32,000 bases of DNA from Vibrio vulnificus CMCP6 (GCF_000039765.1 NC_004460.2:960001-992000); one strand, 5' to 3'. Positions 18,347 through 25,983 are shown, counted from the first letter of the stretch. A program made the numbers and translations. The notes: generated by a model not told the origin, from the sequence alone.

Positions 18347-19261
18347 ATGCTGGCAGTAGACGAGCCTTTAGCACTTCATATCATGAACAACCCAACCGTT
18401 TCTCGCGCCATCTTTCTACTGGTGACGGCCAATTTGCTTGCTTCCCTCTCGGATGTGTCACTCAAAATACTCAATGGCGAAGTGCCGACGTTTCAATATG
18501 TGTTTATTCGCCAGTCGATCAGCCTAGTGCTGCTATTGCCTTTCTGGCTTCGTCTGGAGAAATCGCAGTGGGAAAAGGGCTGCGACTGGATCACCTTTTG
18601 GCGCGCGCAACTGATCTTGCTCGGCAGCGCGTGCGCGATGATAGCGATCACCCATTTGCCACTGGCGACCGCCAATGCCATGTTCTACGTTGGCCCACTG
18701 CTGGTATTGCCTCTGGCTTTTGTCTTTTTGGGGGAACGCCCTGCCGCAGGAAAAATTGTTGCAACGTTATTGGGCTTTGTTGGTGTGCTGATTGTGCTGC
18801 GCCCAGAGCAGTTTCATTGGGCAGCGATTGTGGCATTGGGCAGCGCGTTATCCATGGGCGTGGGTAATATTCTGATCCGCAAAGTACCTGCCGATCAGTC
18901 GCTGATTTCCACGCTTTTTTGGACGACCTTAATGACGCTGCCCTTTGCTTTTGCCCTCGCCTACTGGCAATGGAGCGCGATTCGCTTCGAGCATATTTTA
19001 TGGATTGTGGCGATCAATCTGTTTGTACTCGCCTACCACGCTTTGGTGGTGAAGGCATTTCAGCAAGCTCCGGCAAGCCAGATCGCTCTGGCCGAATATT
19101 CTGGCTTAGCGTTTGTCACCTTCTTTGGGGTGATTTGGTTTGATGAAGTGCCAGACAGTTACACCGTTTTAGGCATTCTACTGATCATTGTGCCTATGAT
19201 GCCCATCCGCTGGAAACATTGGCTTAAGGGCAAAAGACGCACAGCGGTGAGTAAGGGTTAA
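18347..19261 (+). CDS. DMT-superfamily (EamA-type) transporter
   Basis: 304 aa, about 10 TM helices, two EamA-like halves. The start is ambiguous, either ATG 18347 or ATG 18383. Confidence 0.8.
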   Translation: MLAVDEPLALHIMNNPTVSRAIFLLVTANLLASLSDVSLKILNGEVPTFQYVFIRQSISLVLLLPFWLRLEKSQWEKGCDWITFWRAQLILLGSACAMIAITHLPLATANAMFYVGPLLVLPLAFVFLGERPAAGKIVATLLGFVGVLIVLRPEQFHWAAIVALGSALSMGVGNILIRKVPADQSLISTLFWTTLMTLPFAFALAYWQWSAIRFEHILWIVAINLFVLAYHALVVKAFQQAPASQIALAEYSGLAFVTFFGVIWFDEVPDSYTVLGILLIIVPMMPIRWKHWLKGKRRTAVSKG

Positions 19262-19280
19262 GTACAGTTCTGTGAGGAGC

Positions 19281-19304
19281 GAGTTAGAGGGAAGGCTCTA
19301 ACTC
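19281..19304 (+). terminator. hairpin downstream of the DMT gene (possible terminator; marks the left edge of the low-GC islet)
   Basis: A 9-bp stem gagttagag / ctctaactc with a 6-nt loop, followed by gttgtt (a weak U-tract). Confidence 0.45.
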
Positions 19305-19558
19305 GTTGTTGGACATTTTTAATTTGACACCGACGGACTAACTTTCACCCTATTAATAACTTTTAGTATCCAAAAGCACAATCAGGTACTGTTTATCACT
19401 GTTCCTGAGATTCAAAGAAATGGACAAAAACTTCCATCTTCAACCAGTTGTGTTAGATTCATATTATGCACTTTTTCAGCATAACATGCAGATCATCCTT
19501 AGAAATACTTGTCCCCTGAAGTAAATTTCAACTCAAATCGAAACTTATAAATAAATCA

Positions 19559-22174
19559 TTAAAAAACCTCTAAGATTTTCTTATAAGTCTCGTGTGTGAC
19601 AATACTACGGCCTTCAGACAAGAGAAAGTTCTTCAGAACGTCGTAAGCTAGCGGATTATTGCCAATTTCTCTGGCCAATTGCTCAGGTATTATTCCTTTT
19701 GAATCTTCAATTTTTAGTAGCCCAGGTTTCTTTTCAATTAATAGTTCAATTATAGGCAGATCACCCATGCGAATAGCCGTATGTAACGCTGTTTCACCTT
19801 CTTCGTTAATTAACGTCGCATCACAACCATGCTCTAGTATGAGATAAGCTGATTTTAAGCATCGACTAGCTGCTGCTGCATGTAGGGCGGTTCTACCCGT
19901 GAAATCTTGAAGATTCGGATCTGCGTTTGCTTTTAGTAATGCTTCTACCGTTTGATGATCTCTGTTGTTTGCAGCTAACATCAAAGGTGTCTGGAGTTTA
20001 AAGTCAGTTATATTAACGATTTCTGGCCATAATTCGATGATTTTCCTGATGCCTGTAACCATCGCACTAAATACATTACTAACTTCATTAGCAATATCGA
20101 CTTGTACCATCTGTTTATAAGAATTTAATTTAGCACGCATTTCATAGCTCATCTTCATCATTAGCAAAATGATGCTATCTGCTTGTGGATATTTCAGTTG
20201 TTTATTTTTTAAATCTTTGTGTTTTTTAAGTACTAGCTCAATAGAATATCCATTTTTTATACACTCTGCGAAATCACGACTAAACTTTCCCATATCGCTA
20301 GAACAAGAAGAAAAAAGCGGTTGATAGTTAGGATAGCATTGATACAACTTGTCCCAAAAATACTCATGTAACTCACGCGAAACGTCATAAATATTAGATT
20401 CTACTTTCAGTCCACCCCAGTAGTACATGTCTCTAAAGTACTTTTCGTGATTATTAGGAATGAGTTTTTGGTTTGCTATAGCCAATGAGAATGCATCTCT
20501 AGCTAACAATCCTCTAAACTTTCCAAAGCTGTATTTCTTACATTCATCGATAGCCAAATTAAGATTTTTTTCTGCTTCTTTAAGCTTGTTCTGCGCAATA
20601 TAATGAAGTGCTTCATAACGTAGTATATTTGCTTTTGAAAATTTAAAATCATCACAGTTTTTCGCCTCATCTAGTAAAGCAGATACTTTTTCTTCGGTTT
20701 TTGAACCAAACTTCTTAAGGAGTAGATGAGTTTCTAGTTCAAATAATATTCGCCTCATCGACTCTGTAGGCGTGGCTTCTAAAGATTTTAACCTTTCAAC
20801 AATCATTTCACCTATATTAGGATTTGAATATTGATTCATCTGAACGATTCTAGCCCCATATACTAGCTCAAAATCATCAATATTCTGTAATTGTTTAAAT
20901 GGAGCTTTGTTTTGTTTTAGTTTATCTATTAAAACATCTCTACGCATAAGGTAATTATTTGAATAATCACCTTCTTCTTTTATAAGTTTACACATTTTTT
21001 CAAATTCATCTTGAGACGTAGGAAAGACATTATCTAATATATCCTCTTCTCCAGAACGGCTAAAAATACAATTAATTCTATCTAAAGCACTCCATGGGAT
21101 ATCGTGTTCATTGTCTGTGGTAAAAAGTCGTAATAAATCATACCTATAAAAGGAAGGAAGTTGTTCTTCAAAATACTTATTTTCCGCATGGTATCCTAAA
21201 CTTCCCTTTTGAATATGAGCTTTAAAAGTTATATTATATACGTAGTTGTAAAGTTCAACTAATTGGAGTGTTTTATTTTCATTTAAGTCAAAACATAGCT
21301 TATCGACTCCAGGTGTTAAATACTTAACTAATTGCTCATACCCCTCTTGAATAGCTCTGGCTATCAGCAACCTCATACGTATCACTTCAGAGCTTGGTGC
21401 CTGATATCGTACTTTTAGTTTCTGTACAAAATCTTGCTGCTCCGCTGCTGGGCATTCACTCCTTATTATTCGCTTTAAGTCTTCACAATCAATAGCTATT
21501 TCATGCTGTAAGTCTTCATAAGACAAACCTTTTTTTTCAATAAACTCCAGAGCCTGTTCAAATTGCGAAGACTTTTCATCAGGCTCAAAGCAGCCACAAA
21601 ATTGTATATTCACTTTATCGAGGAACAGATTATTAATACTTGATACTTCAGGAGTACTCTTGGCTTTTTTCCAATTGTAAAGGTTCTTTAACACTGTACC
21701 GTGGCCATCATGAATTTTTAGATCTTTTTCCAAATTGCTAGCAATAGATTCATGAGTTCCTTGAATTAAATCGATGAGCCAATTCAAGACTCGCGGTACA
21801 GGGAGAAGAAGCTGCTTAGGTTCAATCGTAGAGTCTACGGCAGGAAGATACCAAAACCGTCCGCCAGGCATACCCTCATCCATTTTTGATTCAATTTGCC
21901 AAAATACCGTATGTCTCGCTAGAGCTGGTATGATAACCCTGGCTAAATAATGCCAAACGATTTTTCTTTGTGACGCCTTTGAAGAATAAACATTAAGCTC
22001 GATGTTCTTATGCATCAAGTAATCGTCTGCAACATTGGAGGTCAGATCTTTTTTCGCTCTTTCATCAAGCCCTAAAGCATCCGCTATATCATCCAAAATA
22101 CTTTCCCAAGTATTAGATAAATTATCCATCGTCATCTCGACATATTTAAACTTGCTTTTCGATTTTGACGTCAT
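19559..22174 (-). CDS. large helical-repeat protein with C-terminal ankyrin repeats, function unknown
   Basis: A long uninterrupted ORF in AT-rich DNA. Ankyrin repeats lie at about 19660..19990 (TPLMLAANNRDHQTVEALLKANADPNLQD / GRTALHAAAASRCLKSAYLILEHGCDATLIN / GETALHTAIRMGDLPIIELLIEK). A TPR-like segment is KANILRYEALHYIAQNKLKEAEKNLNLAIDECKK. I see no P-loop or obvious catalytic motif. The start is uncertain: the first ATG is at 22174, but the frame stays open to a GTG at 22384. Confidence 0.8.
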   Translation of the reverse strand: MTSKSKSKFKYVEMTMDNLSNTWESILDDIADALGLDERAKKDLTSNVADDYLMHKNIELNVYSSKASQRKIVWHYLARVIIPALARHTVFWQIESKMDEGMPGGRFWYLPAVDSTIEPKQLLLPVPRVLNWLIDLIQGTHESIASNLEKDLKIHDGHGTVLKNLYNWKKAKSTPEVSSINNLFLDKVNIQFCGCFEPDEKSSQFEQALEFIEKKGLSYEDLQHEIAIDCEDLKRIIRSECPAAEQQDFVQKLKVRYQAPSSEVIRMRLLIARAIQEGYEQLVKYLTPGVDKLCFDLNENKTLQLVELYNYVYNITFKAHIQKGSLGYHAENKYFEEQLPSFYRYDLLRLFTTDNEHDIPWSALDRINCIFSRSGEEDILDNVFPTSQDEFEKMCKLIKEEGDYSNNYLMRRDVLIDKLKQNKAPFKQLQNIDDFELVYGARIVQMNQYSNPNIGEMIVERLKSLEATPTESMRRILFELETHLLLKKFGSKTEEKVSALLDEAKNCDDFKFSKANILRYEALHYIAQNKLKEAEKNLNLAIDECKKYSFGKFRGLLARDAFSLAIANQKLIPNNHEKYFRDMYYWGGLKVESNIYDVSRELHEYFWDKLYQCYPNYQPLFSSCSSDMGKFSRDFAECIKNGYSIELVLKKHKDLKNKQLKYPQADSIILLMMKMSYEMRAKLNSYKQMVQVDIANEVSNVFSAMVTGIRKIIELWPEIVNITDFKLQTPLMLAANNRDHQTVEALLKANADPNLQDFTGRTALHAAAASRCLKSAYLILEHGCDATLINEEGETALHTAIRMGDLPIIELLIEKKPGLLKIEDSKGIIPEQLAREIGNNPLAYDVLKNFLLSEGRSIVTHETYKKILEVF

Positions 22175-22290
22175 CTGACCATTAGCGCCAAGCGCTTTAG
22201 CAATCTGAAGAAGTACCGATTCGAAGGTTGGAAAAGTAGCCACTGAATGTCCTTTTATTGTTTCGTTTTCCGCTAGAAAAAGAAAATTGA

Positions 22291-22299
22291 GGGGGGGGG
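22291..22299. repeat. G9 homopolymer tract (C9 on the minus strand)
   Basis: Nine consecutive G in an otherwise AT-rich stretch, 72 nt upstream of the pVip ATG. The tract lies inside the optional N-terminal extension of the ankyrin ORF, where it is read as TCC CCC CCC CTC. Confidence 0.95.
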
Positions 22300-22371
22300 A
22301 TGTTGCTTTTCCTTTTTCTACAGAGCCGATTTTATCATACTGAAGCCATCTGAATACCTGAGAATAAAAGC

Positions 22372-23289
22372 ATGACAACAGCACAATCTAGAAAAACAAA
22401 AGAACTGGTAATCAATTGGCACATGACAGAAGTCTGCAATTACAGTTGTAAATACTGTTTTGCAAAATGGGGACGCCCCAAAGAACTCCATCGTTCAGAA
22501 CAGGCAATCGATAACTTATTGGATAAGCTAGCAGACTACTTCATCAAAGGCACTCCAGTCTTAAAAGAAAAGCTGGGGTACGAAAGTGTTCGTCTTAACT
22601 TTGCAGGAGGGGAACCAATGATGTTAGGAAATACGTTCGTTACCGCTTTGGTTCTTGCAAAACAAAAAGGATTTAAAACCTCAACCATAACTAATGGACA
22701 TTACCTAATTCATGGAAAATCACCGTTGCCGAAAGATACTTTAGACATGATTGGAATCAGCTTTGACAGTCAGTACTTAAGTACACGTATGAAAATAGGA
22801 AGAAACGATCGAAAAGGAAACTCTTTTGGCGTTAATGATTTAACACATGCTCTAGCGAGACTCACACAGTCACAAACAGGAATCAAAACAAAGATTAATA
22901 CTGTAATTAACAGTCTTAATTGGGAAGAGGATTTCACTAATTTAATTTCTAGTCTAAATCCATACAAATGGAAAGTGTTACAGGTCATGCCTTATGGTGA
23001 TAATGAACTACTAATTTCCAAAGAACAGTTCGATAATTTTGTTCATAGACATAGTGGATTAGGATTACCTATTTATTTTGAGTCTAATTCTACTATGACA
23101 GAATCATACTTAATGATTAGTCCAGAGGGTTGCTTTTACCAAAACACTGCCAATAAATCTGGGTATAAATACAGCGAATGCATTAATTCATGCGGTGTGG
23201 AAAAAGCTCTTTCTCAAATAGAGTTTAATCCAATTACGTTTGCTTCAAGATATAAAAAAACTAATATTGACATTGTAGATGTATCATAA
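22372..23289 (+). CDS. viperin-like radical-SAM enzyme (prokaryotic viperin, pVip-type)
   Basis: 305 aa. INWHMTEVCNYSCKYCF contains the CxxxCxxC cluster in the viperin context N.H.T..CNY.C.FCF. NFAGGEPM is the SAM-binding GGEP motif. ITNG, ISFDS, KINTVINSLNWEEDF and LNPYKWKVLQVM follow, and ESYLMISPEGCFYQN is at the C-terminus. These are colinear with human viperin motifs as I recall them (NFSGGEPF, VSNGS, ISCDSF, KINSVINRFNVEEDM, LNPVRWKVFQCL, DSYLILDEYMRFLN). Confidence 0.85.
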   Translation: MTTAQSRKTKELVINWHMTEVCNYSCKYCFAKWGRPKELHRSEQAIDNLLDKLADYFIKGTPVLKEKLGYESVRLNFAGGEPMMLGNTFVTALVLAKQKGFKTSTITNGHYLIHGKSPLPKDTLDMIGISFDSQYLSTRMKIGRNDRKGNSFGVNDLTHALARLTQSQTGIKTKINTVINSLNWEEDFTNLISSLNPYKWKVLQVMPYGDNELLISKEQFDNFVHRHSGLGLPIYFESNSTMTESYLMISPEGCFYQNTANKSGYKYSECINSCGVEKALSQIEFNPITFASRYKKTNIDIVDVS

Positions 23290-23374
23290 AATCTTTTAAC
23301 AAAAATGAAACAAATAAACTAGATTCCTTATTATAGGAGCTATAAATAATCACAAAATATTAGATGAGGAACAA

Positions 23375-23992
23375 GTGAATAAATTTATCGTTTTTGAAGG
23401 GTTAGATGCATGTGGGAAAACAACATTAAGCTCTATATATGCGAAAGAAATGAATACTATCGTTCATAATGCGGTAGTCCCTGAAGCTCATGATCTAAGA
23501 AAGGTCATTGACTCCTATGAGTCAAAAGAGAGTGCATTTCTATTTTTTTTGTTAAATAATTTATTGAAGAGTAACGATGTTTCGAAATTATTAAACGATG
23601 AAGATGTCATATTAGATAGATATGTATTTTCAACTTTGGCCTACCAAACAATTATGCTTGGGGAAGATATTGTCAAAAATATTTTTGACACACTTAAAAT
23701 TAATAAAAAAATACTTCTTCCAGAAGTGATAATTTTTGTTAAAGCTGATATTGAAACAATAAACAACAGAATAGAGGCCAGAGGTGGCACAGTTCAGTGG
23801 TACGGCGATGCAGTTACGCAAAATAATAGTGTTGAATCAGCATATCACAAAGTTTTTAAGTGGTTTGATATTCCAATTGTAGAGGTCGATACATCAGAAA
23901 AATATGGCCGTTCGGTAGAAGAAAATTACCTACTAATGAAAGAACAGGTCGAGCACGTTCTTTCGGGAGGGAGTAATTTTTACAGTTTCTAG
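23375..23992 (+). CDS. thymidylate-kinase-fold nucleotide (NMP) kinase
   Basis: 205 aa with GTG start and GAGGA 7 nt upstream. P-loop IVFEGLDACGKTT (Tmk: EGxxGxGKTT), the Tmk-type LDRYVFSTLAYQ (Tmk: DRhxxStxAYQ), and a LID-like NNRIEARGG. The NMP-binding region is divergent, so substrate cannot be assigned. Confidence 0.8.
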   Translation: MNKFIVFEGLDACGKTTLSSIYAKEMNTIVHNAVVPEAHDLRKVIDSYESKESAFLFFLLNNLLKSNDVSKLLNDEDVILDRYVFSTLAYQTIMLGEDIVKNIFDTLKINKKILLPEVIIFVKADIETINNRIEARGGTVQWYGDAVTQNNSVESAYHKVFKWFDIPIVEVDTSEKYGRSVEENYLLMKEQVEHVLSGGSNFYSF

Positions 23993-24355
23993 TTCAATAT
24001 CTCTCGGTGATATTGTATGAACATGCAGACGTAAATTACTGGTAAAGAAAGCCGTTTCTACTTATGTTTGGACGAAAGAGAGGACTACTGCTCCGTGATC
24101 CGAAATAAGCAAATGTAAGGTGAGATCCTGGCTAGATTGAAATGCAACTTATTGCGCAAACTCATATAGGGGCAATTTCGTGTTACATACCCCGTCAGCA
24201 CACCTTTGGACAAAGACGTACTATCACCTTTGCTAAATTAGCAATTAATGAATAAATGTAGGTATGGAAAGTAGTTAACTTTATGCCCAATATCAATGGT
24301 GCAGATCACTGATTACATTTACCTTAAACGATAATGCCTCACCTTACCCAACACA

Positions 24356-24380
24356 GGGTAGAAGAGTTTTCCATCTACCC
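24356..24380 (-). terminator. weak hairpin downstream of the 188-aa ORF
   Basis: A 7-bp stem gggtaga / tctaccc with an 11-nt loop, 14 nt after the stop. There is no good U-tract. Confidence 0.3.
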
Positions 24381-24393
24381 ATTGGCTCGCCAT

Positions 24394-24960
24394 TTATCTT
24401 GTTATCCGAATACGAGTTTCTAACGTTTCCTCGTAAATATCTTCAACATGATAAGGCTCTATCGGTTCATTAGAAATAAGCCATTCACCTATGATTAAAT
24501 CGTCTTCCGTTTTGATCGAAATACAATTGCCATCAACAAGCACAATGTTGAAGCCAAAGTCATAAATGACAACCTCTGAAGAAGGGATAAAGACTTTAAA
24601 GTTTTCTTTTACTGCTTTACGACTGCGTAACCTAACGACTTCTATAAATTCTATTGCCTTAGATTCTTCGAAAAGCTTTACCTCCTCAAGTTGCCCTGCC
24701 TTAACGTCTTTTGGGTTCAATTCATGAATAAATCTTGCAATAGGCAAATGAAAGTCATGACCTTGAGGGCTGGTATACCAATCGTTGCTTAACTCAATAA
24801 AACCGGTAGGTATCTGGAAAAATAAAGAATACAGGCTCGTCACTGTATTCGATTCAAAGCTAGTGCCCTCACTGCTCGCCATCACTTTACATTTTAGCCC
24901 TATGATGGATCGCAGTGCCTGTATAGATTCACCATCCATCTGATAATTTAGCGTTTCCAT
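24394..24960 (-). CDS. hypothetical protein (islet orphan)
   Basis: 188-aa ORF with an ATG start in AT-rich DNA, where long ORFs are unlikely by chance. No signal peptide, TM segment or motif that I recognise. Confidence 0.55.
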   Translation of the reverse strand: METLNYQMDGESIQALRSIIGLKCKVMASSEGTSFESNTVTSLYSLFFQIPTGFIELSNDWYTSPQGHDFHLPIARFIHELNPKDVKAGQLEEVKLFEESKAIEFIEVVRLRSRKAVKENFKVFIPSSEVVIYDFGFNIVLVDGNCISIKTEDDLIIGEWLISNEPIEPYHVEDIYEETLETRIRITR

Positions 24961-25237
24961 TCTCTACCGCCCTAACTCTGGCTAACACGATTAATTAATG
25001 TAAATTTAGTCCTGACTATTAACAAGCAACTTCTTCAAATCTCCTCATGGTTGGACACTTGATCTTATTATTCGTGATAGGTGATTAGAATGCGGGGTTT
25101 ATGACGCGCTTACGGTAGATCACTCTATGCCTTCAGATAACTTTTATAGGGAAAACGCACGCCCCTAGATTTTGTAGAGTATTAGCTCTGAATGATTTAG
25201 GGGCAAAAACACCTCAGAAAAACCAACTCCCCCCTCC

Positions 25238-25270
25238 CAAATAAAACAAAAGCCAGCATTTGCTGGCTTT
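25238..25270 (-). terminator. rho-independent terminator of the kduD...rpiB-like operon (marks the right edge of the islet)
   Basis: Stem aaagccagc / gctggcttt (25249..25270), followed on the minus strand by TTTTGTTTTATTT. Confidence 0.7.
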
Positions 25271-25307
25271 GTATTAGTTCCCGAAAAAGTATTAGATGAC
25301 TGAGTGC

Positions 25308-25943
25308 TTAGTCGATCAGCGAGCGTACGTACTCAGCGATTTCTGGCACTTGGCAGTTTGCGAAGAAGCACTCTTGGAATTGCGCACCGCCAACCGCTGT
25401 TTTCACCAACTCTTGGTCAATTGCACGTAGGCCTTCAACCACATCTTTCGCAACCGCTGCTTTTACGTTGTTTAGGATCGCCGCATTCGCTTGCTGTGGT
25501 GCCGCACGCTCAATTGGGTAACCTTCACCACGGTTACCAGTGAACGCTTTTTCGAAGATGTAACGGACATTGAGCTCGCCCGCCCAGCCAAAACCTTTTG
25601 CAAACGCGAGAGAAATAGCATTGCCGTTGTTGATTTGGTTGAACAAAAAAGCATCTGACGGCTCTAGGCAGTAGCCACATACCACGCCTGGGTGTAGGTT
25701 GCTCGACATCATTGCGCCTTGGCCAGTGCCACAACCGGTTACCACAAAGTCTACCGCTTTTGAGTTCAGTAGAATGCTTGCCATGATGCCTAGGTGGATG
25801 TAAGTCAGGTGATGGTCATTTTCATCTTTCATGCCGACGTTGAATACGTCGTGGCCTAGGCCACCTGCTACGCTGTTAAGCTCTGCTGCAACCATCGCGT
25901 TTTTCGGTGCTTGGCTGTTTTCCATCATTAGTGCAATTTTCAT
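25308..25943 (-). CDS. RpiB/LacA/LacB-family sugar(-phosphate) isomerase; possibly the 4-deoxy-L-threo-5-hexosulose-uronate isomerase of this pathway (DhuI-like)
   Basis: 211 aa with the RpiB-fold core (MKIALMMEN..., VVTGCGTGQGAMMSSN). It is the last gene of the kduD operon. The family call is firm; the pathway role is inferred from context. Confidence 0.75.
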   Translation of the reverse strand: MKIALMMENSQAPKNAMVAAELNSVAGGLGHDVFNVGMKDENDHHLTYIHLGIMASILLNSKAVDFVVTGCGTGQGAMMSSNLHPGVVCGYCLEPSDAFLFNQINNGNAISLAFAKGFGWAGELNVRYIFEKAFTGNRGEGYPIERAAPQQANAAILNNVKAAVAKDVVEGLRAIDQELVKTAVGGAQFQECFFANCQVPEIAEYVRSLID

Positions 25944-25983
25944 CTGTTACTCCCGCGGTCAAACCGCAATTCAAAAATAAATC

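Larger units (their letters stand above)
19306..25245. other. low-GC genomic islet of about 5.9 kb (putative defence islet) with no recognisable mobility genes
   Basis: Composition drops abruptly. Hand counts give 27% GC for 20161..20220 and 35% for 22741..22800, against 47% for 17521..17580 in the flank. The islet is bounded by the terminators of the flanking backbone genes. All four islet ORFs are AT-rich. Confidence 0.7.

Noticed and set aside
22175-22384. Using the GTG at 22384 as the start of the ankyrin-repeat ORF (the 941-aa version in the track)
   Set aside because: This would make two divergent genes overlap by 13 nt and leave no promoter space. There is no in-frame ATG, GTG or TTG between 22384 and the ATG at 22174. 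I annotated from 22174 but keep the extension as an open question, because 70 stop-free codons in AT-rich DNA is suspicious.
19309-25050. Shared 8-mer GTTGGACA near both islet edges (about 19309 and about 25040), and CTAACTC near 19298 and 24973, considered as att-like direct repeats
   Set aside because: These matches are too short to distinguish from chance in 6 kb and are not positioned symmetrically at the composition boundaries. There is no integrase to use them.
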